Shown: positions 35,856 through 48,781, counted from the whole stretch's first letter. The stretch: DNA of 63,713 bases, filler included, from Circinaria calcarea (GCA_051942165.1; 24 parts of 24 records of this genome joined end to end with filler, not necessarily neighbours in it), one strand, 5' to 3'. Translations and numbers: made by a program. The notes: generated from the sequence alone by a model not told the origin.

Positions 35856-37184
35856 ATGGAAATGGAAATGGAAAGAGATCAGACGTCCTCGGATCAAAAG
35901 ATAATCAGACGTAGAGGCGCGTGTGATAGTTGCAAACAGAGAAAGATTCGCTGTAATATCTCGCCATAATGGACATCGAACCAACTGCTAATCGCTGGCC
36001 GGATAGGCGATGGTGCAACTCCAACGTGCTCTACTTGTCAGGTATAACGGCAGACCCCGAAGCAAAGATGCCGCCGAAGAAGCTCATACGTCGTCATCGC
36101 CATTATAGAAGCAAGAAACCAGATGCGTTTATTCCAAGTCGAAACGAAGGTCCAAGTCTGTCCAAAATGGTGAGAGATGTCTAAGGCATCTAGACTTTGC
36201 TAATACGCCTATCTAGTAATCGAGCTTCCCTCGACGCACAGGGTACCGCATCCAGTTTCCGATTTGTGCCCAGTCTCTAGTTCTCCTACCGACTACCACC
36301 AGTCCCTTAATCCGCAGTACAATGCAGATTTACTCGACCTGGAAGTCTTCTCTCACAATGCAGCTTCTTTTGGGGAGGAGGCCCTCTCTGCCGGTCTTCC
36401 ACTTGATATACAGCTTTTTGGGGGAGACACTATATTTCCATACGACCCCGTGAATACACAGCAAGGGTTATGGCCCTGTTCAGACAGTACTACCAATACT
36501 TTATTTCCAGCCATACAGAGTCCACTCGACGCCTTGTTCCCGTCAATCGGTAACGGGCAAACTTGGACTGAGGGCCTACCAGACCCTGCTAAAGCTCAAG
36601 AAGTATCACCTTCCGTCACATAATACACTGCACTTGTATGCTAATACTCTACAAAGGATGAAACCATGTATGCTGGTAAGACGCCTTGAATGGCCTGCAA
36701 GGCAAGAAGAAAAGAGCCGATCTAACCATAGCAGATGAATCGTCAACCCTTGCAAGTATTGTTACATCCAATCTACGCGACATTGCAAAAGGCCAACATC
36801 AAACATTTATTCGGACTCTACTACAAAAAGTTACCGCAAAAGCACTCGATGCTTCAACGCCACCGAGCTCGTCGGGCGAAGATACTTTTGTACCGACCCT
36901 GCATTATCCTGAGTACGAGCGCCATGTTGTGCAAGAATACGCTGACGGTACGTCCTTCAACATCACCATCTCATACCCCGAGTATATCAATAACTCAATT
37001 CAGTCTATTTTGAAGAGTTTGAGAAGTATGTGGAGTAAATCTCCATTATTAACATGGCCTGATACTAAATGCAGCAGGCGATATCCATTCATACCCAAAA
37101 ATGAATTCCACTCTTGGATGAACGCATTACTTTCACGAAAGCTTGCCGATGATAGCCCCGCTGTTCCGCTTGTCGATGCTATAC
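35856..37184 (+). CDS. Zn(II)2Cys6-type transcription factor, multi-exon, 3' truncated
   Basis: RRRGACDSCKQRKIRC|DGATPTCSTC across an intron at about 35953-36007; sixth Cys not located; later exons at 36264-36623 and 36686-37184. Confidence 0.7.
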
Positions 37185-38193
37185 NNNNNNNNNNNNNNNN
37201 NNNNNNNNNNNNNNNNNNNNNNNNNNNNTTAATTAATTAANNNNNNNNNNNNNNNNNNNNNNNNNNNNNNNNNNNNNNNNNNNNCCCTCCTCTTCGTTCA
37301 TTCCCCCCCCCTCCTAGTGCCTAATGCATGGATCTTCACGTCTCCTGTTGCCCTCTTCACCGAACCCGGACTGCTTTCCCCTTTCCGATGAAGGCTCTCC
37401 AATTTCCTTCACCGACAACTTTTGCTCCTGTTCTCGTGCATTTCTATTCTACAACCTTACCCTCCGGAAAGCCACTCACGAATTTGGGGGTGGTAAGGGG
37501 CTTGGAGACGAGTTTTGTGACTAGGGAGGTAGATGCGAGAGGTGGTACTGTGGCTTGGAGAGTCTTTGTTCCGAAGACTCGTCCCTCTAGCAAGTCTAGG
37601 CTCCCTTGGAAGATCATGGATACTGCTGGCTGAACAATTTCTGGAGAAGAGGGGCCGATGGTGGAAATATACGCGATGAACGATGGGTTACGGGATGAGG
37701 TTGAGGAGTTTAGTATTGCGCTTGATTGAAGAAAGAAGTTGGTGATGCTGGCTTCTTGGTTCTGATAATGCTATACTTTTGTATACCGAACGAGGAAGAG
37801 TACCTTATAGCATAACAGAAGCAGCTTCCATATCACTATGATGAGCCCATGGGCTTGTAATATGGAAAGACAAAGAATAAAACCGCTTTTGCTAACTTTG
37901 CGTTTCAGGGTATTTGCGGCTTATGAGCGGTGTTATGAGGTTATAGGTTATTTCGAATAGGTTCAAATACCCATAGATGAATGATGGATCATAACGTAAA
38001 GGTTAATAAACAGGCTCGGAGAGAGAAATAAGACCCATGCAAACCCTAGGTCCAGCTTCAACCCAGGTGCGCTAACAGGGTTCAATGGCGTCACTTGGGA
38101 AGTTCCAGATTGTGGGGGTACTCCAGATATATAGGTATCCCCGCATCTCTTAAGAGACAATGGTATCAAGCACAATTATATTCAACAGCGAAG

Positions 38194-39300
38194 ATGTCTG
38201 ACAATTCGACCGGAATCGCCTACTATGACATACCCTCCTTAAAATTTCATGCTGGACCCACCCTCCCAGTGCGAATAGCATACCGTTCCTTCAATGCCTC
38301 TGCCTCCAAAGTCGTCTGTATCCCAACATGCTATGGCGGACGCATTAATTCCACGGAGAACTTTACCTCTGGTGCCCTCGCGGATTACCATGTCGTCGTT
38401 ATCGCCATGCTCGGTAACGGCGAATCCTCCAGTCCCTCCAATACTCCTGATATCCCTCAGATAGACTATCGTGACTGTATCAATTCGCAGTACCAGCTTC
38501 TTACAAAAGAGCTAGGCGCCAAGGAATTGGAATCGGTGATTGGCTTCTCGATGGGTGCACAGCAAGCGTATTATTGGGCTTGCATGTACCCTGGTTTCGT
38601 AAAGACCGCGGTAGCTATCTGCGGTTCTGCAAAGACGAGCCCACATAATTGGGCTTTCCTGGAAGGACCGAAGGCGGCGTTGACTAACAGTATTGATTAT
38701 GCAGACGGAGAGTATAAGGCCAAGGGTGTGAAGCCGCTGAGAGGGCTACATGCCTTTGGAAGAGCGTACTGCGCTTGGGCTATGAGCGCGGCGTGGTTTC
38801 GGGAGAAGGTGTGGGAGACACATTATGGGTGTAAGAGTGTGGAGGAGTACATGAAGTCACAGTGGGAAGAGGCGTTTGAGAGCTGGGATCCAGAGGATTT
38901 GCTGGTCTTGGCACGCATGTGGCAGGCTGGAGATGTGGGTGCATTGAGAGAGGACGGAGATTACACAAAAGCGCTGGAGGAGGTGAAGGCGAGGGTGTTG
39001 GTCATGCCTGCGAGTACTGATCAGTACTTTCCGTAAGTTGGCCTTACCAGATATCCACTGATTCCCACGCTGATTCTTCATGTACGGAGTAGACCGGAAG
39101 ACAGCGAGACTGAGGTAAAGCATCTTGAAAAGGGAGAATTAGCCGTCATCGAAACCATCTGGGGCCATATCGCTGGAGGCGGGGCGAATGAGCCGGATCA
39201 GAAATGGATGGATAAGAGGATATCTGAATTCTTGCAGGGTAAAACGGTTGATGACATTGGTGACATCGACAAAGAAACGGGCGTGCTGCGTTTGGCTTAA
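38194..39300 (+). CDS. Homoserine O-acetyltransferase-like alpha/beta hydrolase
   Basis: MLGNGESSSPSN, nucleophile GFSMG, TDQYFP|PED and WGHIAGGG; intron 39033-39092; TAA at 39298-39300. Confidence 0.88.
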
Positions 39301-39649
39301 TATATATTAGTAGAACCAAGGCGTCGTCCTCCTCCTATACATTCCGTTAATTTTAATTTTGATATATAATACCATTCTAGATCTCATTAGAAAGCAGAGA
39401 CTGAGAATCACTTGTGTGAAGAAGCTTAGAGTTGTAGTAGATAAAAACGATGCTGTTCATGTATCTTTATTCTTGGCAGAATGTGGAGAGATACGAGTAG
39501 GCTAAGAATGTTCTACGCAGGCTAGTGTTCCCCAGATTTCGGCTCTTCCCGTCTCCTCCGTCATTCAGTCTCGACTTGCTTTTGCATTTCTTCAGTGACC
39601 ATCTCCGCTTTTCCCACATCTGAACGCCTTTGTATTTCACGCTCGCATC

Positions 39650-39824
39650 ATGTCTACTATGACGCACTCACAAACCTCTCCCTCTACGAAACGACTACTA
39701 AAAGAGCTCCAATCCTATCCACATGAGCCAAATCCTGCCCTTCTCCAACTCAACCCAGTCGATGAATCTCAGCTGTTCCATTGGGAAGCTGTAATGAAAG
39801 GTGTATCGGGGAGCGCATACGAAG
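39650..39824 (+). CDS. Ubiquitin-conjugating E2, Pex4-like, exon 1
   Basis: KRLLKEL...L.PVDESQLFHWEAVMKGVSGSAYEG followed by a GT donor. Confidence 0.75.
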
Positions 39825-39940
39825 GTATATATTGCCATTGNNNNNNNNNNNNNNNNNNNNNNNNNNNNNNNNNNNNNNNNNNNNTTAATTAATTAANNNN
39901 NNNNNNNNNNNNNNNNNNNNNNNNNNNNNNNNNNNNNNNN

Positions 39941-40310
39941 CTCGGAGTTTGATGTCCACGTTGGCTCTACGCTAGCAGATGACAGGCTGAGCAGTTGGCG
40001 GTCGTTGTGTTTTGAAGTGGGTATATCCCAACCACCAGAGACGATCAAGGAATGCAGGAAGGTATACGGTGCCAATTCCAAGCTTTTTCAGTCGCCCACT
40101 CACAATCTGCATCAGATGTTGAGCAAGGTTTTCGTAAATCTTGTCGATCTGATAGATAGTCGGCGAAGGGGGACCAAAGTATCGACCTTTCGAAATGTCA
40201 ACGCCCTCAGGGAATACACAATACGAACGAATAAGACATTTCCAAAGCAGAAGGCCAAACAAGACGGCGTATTGAAGATATTGCTACGGGAAATTTATCA
40301 AGGTCGGTGA
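39941..40310 (+). CDS. Hypothetical protein, C-terminus
   Basis: Frame open from the contig start to TGA 40310 (VLCFEVGI...VFVNLVDL...YTIRTNKTFPKQKAKQDGVLKILLREI). Confidence 0.5.
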
Positions 40311-41032
40311 CGAGGACGTGCTCAAACCTATAGCCCAAGTCTATAGTACATCGGAGGCAAAGGAGACAACCGGAACGCAGCATTGTCGTATACGAGTATG
40401 AGAGTTAGTATCCCTGGAGGGTATTGGCGACGAAGCCTAGCTGCAATGATTATCGGGGTGGTTTTGGAGACACATAGATCTTGTCTTTAGTGGCAATATG
40501 ACAAACAATCATGCCCACCTTCAATAAGCCAAGTGTTAGGAATTGAGGATATCTTTATCAAAGTTCAATGATGAATTCCATGTCTAAATTGAAGTCAGCT
40601 CCCGGTCTCGATTATAATGTACTGCAGCTTCAGGTATGCACGAATTACACAGAATAGTTTGCCAACCCTAATTGTGATGCGTACAAGCCTTACTGAGAGC
40701 ATAGCCCCTGAATGTTCACCATAAGCCCCTTGATACTATCATCTGTTGTAGGCTAGAGCAATGCTTTTCCTGTTTTGATCGTGATCGCGTGGTGTGTCTC
40801 AAATGTACCGATTTTCATTGACTGAAAGCGGAAAAATGGTTTGCGGGACGCTATAGAATGCTACCTGCATTAGTGGCCGGCGTATCTGAACTTAAATTAA
40901 GCGGGGCACGTAAATCTAGGCTGAAAATGATGGAGTCACTATAGGTCCATCAAAACACTAGTGCAAAGACAGCCTTTGCCTGTAACAAAGCTTCTTGTCG
41001 ATGCCTCTACGAAGAGTATAGCTCTATCCAAC

Positions 41033-41535
41033 ATGCCTCCTCCATCTCAACTATCGATTATGACTTCTTCTCTGCTCCGCCTCGTCAAAGAAGAAGCCTC
41101 CTATCATAAAGAGCTACAACAGCAAGAGTCTCGGATACAAAAGCTTCAATCAGAAACAGGCGACGAGAATGCAGAATTTATGATCAAGCAGGAGGTGTTG
41201 TTTTTCTCAGCCTGAGTTGATGCTACGGTATTGATCAATCGCAGATCGGCTAATTATCAATGTGAACATAGAAAAAGGCGGTAGAAGAGACAAAGGCGGT
41301 GTTCCCGTTACTAAGGGAAAGAATCAAGAGCACGATAGAGAAATTGGAGGAGCAACTCGTATGTGTGACGCGCTTACAGAGAAACATTCATGGTTATGAT
41401 TCCAAGAGCTAACGCGGTTCCGGGACGCTGTAGGAAGCGGAGAAAGACAACGGAAGCAACAGCAATACTGAGGCAGTCACAAAGGCCAAAGAAGCCGTGG
41501 CTAAAGCGAGAACAAGCTACAGAGAGATTGCATAA
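41033..41535 (+). CDS. RBL2: Tubulin-binding cofactor A
   Basis: MPPPSQLSI.TSSLLRLVKEEASYHKE...EFMIKQE|KKAVEETKAVFP; introns 41195-41271 and 41359-41433. Confidence 0.92.
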
Positions 41536-41654
41536 AGTCCAACTATTAAGTCAAGATATCAGTGAGAATAATGAGCTTGATTAAGCTGTAGGTTGCATGC
41601 CAAGCGTGAGATTATTTGGCAATGGTGCCTTGAAGAGGTACAAGTCACCCTACT

Positions 41655-42495
41655 CTAGGTGGTATCCATCTGGTCACCGTTGCCTGGTGTGTTCATACGA
41701 CTCCTGTTGGTATCTGCTGTCTCGATGGCGCTGAGGCCATCTGCTGGAGACGCCGGAACCTCTAATTCCACCGAAACCTCTCCATCTTCTGCCATACTGA
41801 CATCTTCGCTATGGTCCGCTTTGGTGTCTTCCGATTCTGTCAGATCCGATGCACGTAAAGGCGTCTTGACGCTGTGAGGATGAAGTCGATTAGTATTTGA
41901 GCCACCTAGTACCGAAGAATCACCATCTAAGCCTTGGTGAAGAGGTGTCGTTCCACCGACATCATGGCGTGGGGTAACCATGCCACTTATCCTCCCCTTC
42001 TGCGATTCATTTTCCCCTTCCTGCTCATCATCCCTTTCTTCCATCCCTTCCCTCCTCTCCACTTCTTCCTTCTCATCCCTGATGAGCCGCCTGAGGTGCA
42101 TGCCCTCTTCAATTATCCGGCCAAACTGGGATCTTCGCTCGGCCCAGGTCTGAGCATAATCTCTGCTCTCCTTCTCAAGGTCGGCAATCTCGGCATTTAA
42201 CTTCTCGAGGTTTGCGTGCTGGTCCTCCCTTGGTCGCAAGAGTCGTTCGTTGGTAATTTTTTCCGTTAACTCGTCATAGGTTTTTCGTAACGCCAGAGTT
42301 TTCTGAGACTCCTCCAACTGTGTCCGTAATTCTGATGTATTGTCGCGGACTTCCTGCGCAGTAGCTTGGATTCTAAGTTTCTCGGCGGCATATCGCTCTC
42401 GTTCTTTTGTGTTACTGTTCAGCAGCAATTGAATTCTAACAATGCTGCACTCAAATGCCGCGAAATCTAACAGGACGTCCTCGCGGAACTGTCGG
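41655..42495 (-). CDS. THO complex subunit 7/Mft1-like protein, 5' truncated
   Basis: FREDVLLDFAAFECSIVRIQLLLNSNTKERERYAAEK...RKTYDEL coiled coil. Confidence 0.8.
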
Positions 42496-42662
42496 NNNNN
42501 NNNNNNNNNNNNNNNNNNNNNNNNNNNNNNNNNNNNNNNTTAATTAATTAANNNNNNNNNNNNNNNNNNNNNNNNNNNNNNNNNNNNNNNNNNNNGAGCT
42601 TTGAGTGAAGCTATTCAATTAAGAACAAGTATTTGGGCCTTATCAAAGTGGAATGAACGGTA

Positions 42663-43384
42663 ATGTCATACTATTTCTGCATCATAGGCTCTAAGGATAA
42701 TCCCCTTTTTGAACTCGAATTCGGGACATCCAAACAAGGCGGCGATGGAGTTGCACGTTTTCCAGCTGAGGCGCGTCGGCTGAATCCCTTCATCGTGCAT
42801 GCAAGCTTGGATATTGTCGAGGAAGCACAATGGTTGAGTAATCAAATGTCTGTACCTCAGTTTGCACTTTATGACCTTTATCCTCTCTACCGGGCCCTTG
42901 GACGAAGCTGGACTCCGAAGACCTCCCACACCCTGAATTCTATTATATTACGCTAATCAGTTTCTCTCAATCCAGGTATCTTAAACGTGTCGACCACTTT
43001 GCATCCTCTCACATTTCGTGTTTCCTCACCCCGACATCGACTAAATTCATGCTCCTTCATCTACCTCATCCACCCAATACGGCACCACCTACTTCAACAG
43101 CTTCGCAAAACCCACAAGTTTTCCCACCGTTTGCTCCTTATACAACGTCCAACCCACCATCCTCTCTCCTTCGTGGCTCAAGCTCCTCCTCCACTGGCGG
43201 TACGGCCACGGTACCAAACAACCCAACAAGTCCACAAACGGAAGAAGCATTGCGGTTGTTCTTCACCGAAGTTTATGAAGCCTGGGTCAAAGCGGTCATG
43301 AACCCATTCCAAGGAATCAACAAAGGACTAGGCAGTCCGGTCTTTAAATCGCGGGTGCTGACGGCCGGCAAGAAGTTCCTGTAA
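42663..43384 (+). CDS. TRS20: TRAPP subunit Trs20/sedlin
   Basis: MSYYFCIIGSKDNPLFELEF...FIVHASLDIVEE...M|YLKRVD...VYEAWVKAVMNPF; intron 42848-42975. Confidence 0.93.
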
Positions 43385-43466
43385 CGACCAAGTGTACATG
43401 GTAAAATCTTGACCTGCGGAACTACCGGTCTCACTATTCATAAATTCCACGCTATCGCCCTCCTAT

Positions 43467-44048
43467 TCAAATCGATATTCCAAGTCCATATTCTTCTTGT
43501 TCCTCGGCAACTGGCCAAATATCCCAACCAGGCTCTCTCCAAACACGCGGGCGCCCGGAATGACTTCTAACTTCTCTCTTTGCAATATGCGATGGGCTCA
43601 AGCGACCGTCCCTCCGACCGCGAGAGATAGGGCTCTTGGGAGATCCTGGGGAGGAAATGGGTATGGGTATGGGTATAGCTGGGGACGCTATCTGCTCTTC
43701 GCGACTGGAAGTATGTCCGCGGTGAACATATCGTCTTTCCATCCTCTCAATCCATCTTTTCAACCTCGCAACCGGGGCTTTCGCACTTTCCAAGATCGGG
43801 CTAGTTGCTGTGGCACCCAAATGCAGCGGGGAAAGCGAACGAGCTCGTGATTCTTCTCCAACACCGGCTGTTAAATCCTCGGCATCATCGCTGAGATTAT
43901 CTGTTGTAGACAGGAAGAACGCGAATGGGTTCTGGTCAATTTCATGGGCATGCTTGAATGCATGCATTCGCAAAGGTGGCCATGAATGACATCTCCGGTG
44001 GTGGCCAGCAGTGGTGAGCGACTTCGTCGACATATTTCTTGTGTTCAT
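43467..44048 (-). CDS. Small hypothetical fungal protein
   Basis: 193-aa ATG-initiated ORF with motif-like segments IDQNPFAFFLS and RPRVWREPGWDIWPVAEE. Confidence 0.6.
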   Translation of the reverse strand: MNTRNMSTKSLTTAGHHRRCHSWPPLRMHAFKHAHEIDQNPFAFFLSTTDNLSDDAEDLTAGVGEESRARSLSPLHLGATATSPILESAKAPVARLKRWIERMERRYVHRGHTSSREEQIASPAIPIPIPISSPGSPKSPISRGRRDGRLSPSHIAKREVRSHSGRPRVWREPGWDIWPVAEEQEEYGLGISI

Positions 44049-45249
44049 GAACCAAAAGACAGTGAGTAAAGGGATTACATAATCCAGCGTTCAGCAAAAG
44101 CTTTGTTGGAGCTCAGCAGTAGACGGTAACGACAGAAAGCAGAGGTTGGTGATTGGCCTATACCTAAAGGTTGAAGAGAGGAGAAGACTATAAAGCAGTT
44201 GCAAGTTGTGATGACTCAAGCAGAGCCGTATACTCGCCCATGTGCGCAGGCAAAGCCTTGCGTGACTAAAGAGGTAAGACATCAGCTGATCAGCTGATTC
44301 GATCAGGCCTCCCAAATCACTTTTTATATATCATTATGACGAGTTCTGTTAGTTGAATACCCATATCTGTGCATCATGGCAACCCTCGTACGGCGACGTT
44401 GATGTTTCTATGACGAGTACTCCTTCAGAGCAGACATTCATTGTATCTACCTCGCCTCCCAAGCGAAGAATTTAAAAAGGTGCCTAAATTCTACGGGTGT
44501 GGCGCACTAAGGGTCTGCTGCGCCCACCGTAGCCGGGTTTCGCTTCGACCCCTTTCTCTGCTCGTACCCATACTCGTACCCATTACTCGTTTTTACAATA
44601 GCGGATCTTACCTTGGTTATAATAAGGTAGTTAAGGTTAGGTTGGTTGACTGACCTCCTTGTCGCTTGTTAAATAATGCCGCGATAGCAAAGTTGATTGC
44701 TGCGGTACAAGCTATTTGGCAACAGCTCCCAAAGAATACAAATGCCTCACCCAAAAATTGCGACCCCGTTGATGTGTATTTATGCGTTGTAATAACACAC
44801 AATATGCTGGTGGGCGTACATTCCACTTCTGTTCGTTAATGGCTCATTCATCTACTGGGGGTCATTGAGAGGTCGAAAGTTGCATTTCACGAACGACATA
44901 GCAAACATTGAGAGACGATATCATTACACGTTATCCACCAAGGCCGCACGATTCTTCGACTTTATCTTTGCCTTCGGCATAATATTAGTTCCGAAGATTG
45001 TACTCGAGACGTTTACTGTCTCATCAAAAGCTATAAGACTTAAGAAAGAGCCGATTGATTTCTCCCGATTCAGTGCCTACCGCAGACCAGTGTTATTCTA
45101 ACAGCAATCGAGAAAACATCATGAGAGAGTCGCCTGAACTCAACAAAATNNNNNNNNNNNNNNNNNNNNNNNNNNNNNNNNNNNNNNNNNNNNTTAATTA
45201 ATTAANNNNNNNNNNNNNNNNNNNNNNNNNNNNNNNNNNNNNNNNNNNN

Positions 45250-46300
45250 TAAGTGGGGTGGGGTATTGAGAACACTGGCTGCGTCCTGGGGAGTTGTTAA
45301 CCTTCGAATACAACCCTTGATATATGAACTATTAAAAGCGACATAATTATGACAATTGAATTTGTGTCTGTTATGAATGTCTATGCCTGACAGTAAGAAG
45401 ACTACTGGCCAATTCTGGCGTTTGTCACGTGAATACACTCCCGCGTAAAAACATGATAAATCTCCCAAGAGGACTTATTGTAACCCTTGCCATGTGCTAG
45501 CTAAACTGCACTTAATTCGGAAATCTGCCATCACAGGGGCCAAAGTTTTCCCGTAAAATTTCGACTTTGTGTGGTTAATCGTCCCAGCTATTGTAGATGT
45601 CTCCTCGGTTCTTCCCATAAAAGTTATGTGCTGAATCAGGCTGTATGAAATAAGTAATTTCAAACCCCGAATTGGAGGATGTCGCTTTTTAAGGTAGAAT
45701 CCATAGGCAATCCTGATAAATTCCATGATAAATGGCACGCCTTTGTAGTAGCCGTACAGAAAGCTCTCGAAGCAGTTGTCGATATATCGCTTCAGATAGG
45801 TAGTCAGCGCTGTAGCCGGTTTACCGTCGTACCCAAGGCTCAGTTTCTCAGTAGCTACATTGAAGGAAAGCGCATTCTGGATATCGACTCTTTCCAGCCA
45901 ATTCGAAAACAGCTTTCGTCCCGAACATACACTTTGCTGGCCGTGACAGTCATCGCGCAACCATACCCATGAGTGATGGAAATAGCACAGTTTGATTCTT
46001 CATAGCGCTTGATGTTATGTATCGAAATTCTGGGATGATGGTTTGTTCATAGTGGGCATGCCACCCCTTCATGAGATAGCACAAATGTTTGATATCCAAT
46101 CGTGTACGATGCACTTGTCAAAGGTGAGTGTGGGATGATTGGCATCCACGGCAAGGGTTTCTGCTATCTCACTAAAAAGAACGTTAGGGCAGGCATCACT
46201 TTTTCGAGTGTCAAGATGCCTACAGGCTTTTAAAAAATCCGCATCGGAGACAGGCTTTCATCTTGTGGGCCGCTCGATCATTGGTTCGGTGCTCGTGTTT
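45250..46300 (-). pseudogene. Pseudogene of a Zn(II)2Cys6-type regulator
   Basis: ACLRCGF...|*DSRNPCRGCQSSHTHL*QVHRTRLDIK...GKTLAPVMADFRIKCSLASTWQGLQ*; stops at 46169-46171, 46118-46120 and 45475-45477; Cys3 and Cys6 lost. Confidence 0.75.
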
Positions 46301-46933
46301 CATTTTCAGATGGACTGGTGGTCGAAATAATGCTGGCAATTTGGGATTCTGTGGAAATTATCTTAGTTTTATTAATGGTAGCCACGCTATCTCGTCACAC
46401 AAAGGCTAACTCAGAAATACGCCTCTAGTAACCCCAAACTAACAGTTCTTGACTCCAAGCTCGGAAGCAGCGCCGCCAGTAGTCCAAATAGTCCAGTCCA
46501 GCACCTGAATTGTAACCTCCTTGGTAGTCTAAAGGGTGGACTGTGATTGCCAGTTTAGTCTACTATATTGGACTGGACTGCCTGTTCAGTCCGGACTACC
46601 AAGATTTATAAAGATGTAATATAGAGTGGCTCTAAATAAACAAATATATTGTATATTTGATACCTCTTCTAATTATGATATTTCTAACACAGCTTATATT
46701 CCGCTGCCATCTCGTAGTGCTGTATTCTTCCGCTCCTCCCTTAGTATCCTTGTAGATCCACCTTTTATCATTGGCAAGCCTCTTCTGGCTAGTTTGTATC
46801 GCAGTAGGAAAAGAGATTGAGAGAAAAAAACGTGTCCTATGAAGAATAGGCGTTAGAAAGATATTTAGTCATATAGACAGACTCACCTCAATTATTTTCA
46901 ATAAGGAATTTCGATTCCAAGGCCATAAGCAAT

Positions 46934-47803
46934 TGTAAGGATCCTCTACGAATAATATGATGATCTTACGAAAAGGGGTCGGTAAATTGTGTGATAATGA
47001 GCTTAATGGGTTCGTATAGTGTATAAATTATTGCTAAAGAATTCTGGTGTAACGTGTAAGGGCGCTGCAATCCTTGAGGCCTAATGAGGAATATGTTAAG
47101 TCTCGATTGGTAATAGCACGGTTACATAGGGTGTAGTCGAACTGTTGCCCTAGGCTCAATAGTATGGAGTCTATTGAACACGGTCTATAAGCATGCTATT
47201 CTAAAGAGCGGGAATAGCCTGCTATATATAACACCCTGCTCACCCTGCTCATTCTGCTCATCTCCATGAGCACCATGAGCACACTGAGCACCCTGCTCAC
47301 CCTGCTCACTCTGCTCACTCTGCTCATCTCCATGAGCACCATGAGCACACTGAGCACCCTGCTCACCTGTTACGTCCCTAAGCTTCTTAGGCAAAGGCAA
47401 TGCTAGTCACTGGTATAAGGCAGGGGCTCTGTAATAGGCACGAGGGTTCTATACCAATCACTTGGCAAGTAATGAGTAACGATAGAAGTATATTACTACA
47501 CTTGTAAGATCTTGACCACACAGGTCAAATACTACAGAAAGGACTGAGACTATATAGGTCCTTCCGAGGTTACACGAACCTTCCCAAAAGGGGTGGACGT
47601 AGTGGACGTCGTGGACGTAGCCACGTCCAGCACGTCCAGTACGTCCAGTACCACCAGTACGCCTAATGTTAGGGTGAAGCCAATTCACAAAGATAGCAGG
47701 CCTAGAACCAAAGCAATTTGTGGGCTCTATAAACCTAGAATAACATAAGGATTGAAGGTGTCTGGGACACGCGAATATAAGCAACCCGCCAAGGCTCGCT
47801 AAC
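46934..47803. mobile_element. Nested stack of LTR-like termini (family B interrupted by family A, followed by further TGT-starting segments)
   Basis: 46934-47054 matches 48782-48902; family A starts abruptly at 47055 (TGTAAGGGCGC); new TGTTA starts at 47368 and 47667. Confidence 0.75.
47232..47367. repeat. 9-bp-unit minisatellite (TGCTCA/TGAGCA core in both orientations) inside LTR family A
   Basis: (CCCTGCTCA)n and (CCATGAGCA)n blocks duplicated as a higher-order unit. Confidence 0.9.
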
Positions 47804-47903
47804 NNNNNNNNNNNNNNNNNNNNNNNNNNNNNNNNNNNNNNNNNNNNTTAATTAATTAANNNNNNNNNNNNNNNNNNNNNNNNNNNNNNNNNNNNNNNNN
47901 NNN

Positions 47904-48562
47904 TTCTTCCCTGGCCCATGATTTGGAAGTTGCATATGCCTCGTCGCCAAAAAGCTGCCCTAACAGGTATTTTCCTTCTCGCTGGAGTGTAAGTTTAGTT
48001 ATCTTCTTCGGCAACTAGTTTCTCCCGCTAACACGATTGTCGTCCCCCCAGTGTCACAGGTGTCAGCATTGGCAAGCTATATGCTTTTATCACAGTCGGT
48101 CGAGTAATTCAGCAGAATCATGACATTACCTGTAGGCGTTTCCTGAATACCTCTCGCCTTCAGCACCGCTAACCTACCATTCTAGACATCGAGGGCCCTC
48201 TTTTTTACTGGACCATTCCTGAGAGTTCACTCGCAGTCGTGAGCGCTTGCTTACCAACATTACGGCCCTTATATCGTGGCTGGTCAGCCGATAGTATTAT
48301 CGGCAGCATCCGCAGCCATTTCTCGCTACCATCCCTACATGGCAGCAACCGTTCTGTAGACGCCCCTACTCTTGACAAGGCGAAAGCGTTCAAGCGTCAG
48401 TCTAGCAATGAGTCCTCGGTGGGTATTGCAAGAGCGTCAGATGACCGTGATCCTCAAGAAGGGGAAGATAACGAAGCTGGTGCTAGTTACATTCCGATGA
48501 ACGATCTAGACCCAGCAAGGAGGCCACCGTATAAAAGCAATACGGTGCAGAGTGATATCTGA
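47904..48562 (+). CDS. PTH11-like (fungal rhodopsin-domain) membrane protein, C-terminus
   Basis: PWPMIWKLHMPRRQKAALTGIFLL...YWTIPESSLAVVSACLPTLRPL; two introns. Confidence 0.88.
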
Positions 48563-48781
48563 AAGATTAATCATCACAGGGGTAAGCCTCTGTTAGGGTA
48601 ACCAATATATACCGAAACGGATAACCTGCTGCTAAGCGTTTTTTTTATATATATTGAGAGTTCAAAGCTGTTACATCTTACTTCCCTAGCTATTATCGTA
48701 GGCCATTTCTTTCCCCGTAGGGCGCAGGCTCAGGCTCCGTTCATATTAGGAAAGCAGGGATTAAGTCCGCAATTCTAGATC

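Noticed and set aside
47185..47400. Repetitive 71-aa ORF (EQGAQCAHGAHG)
   Set aside because: Translation by-product of a 9-bp minisatellite inside an LTR.
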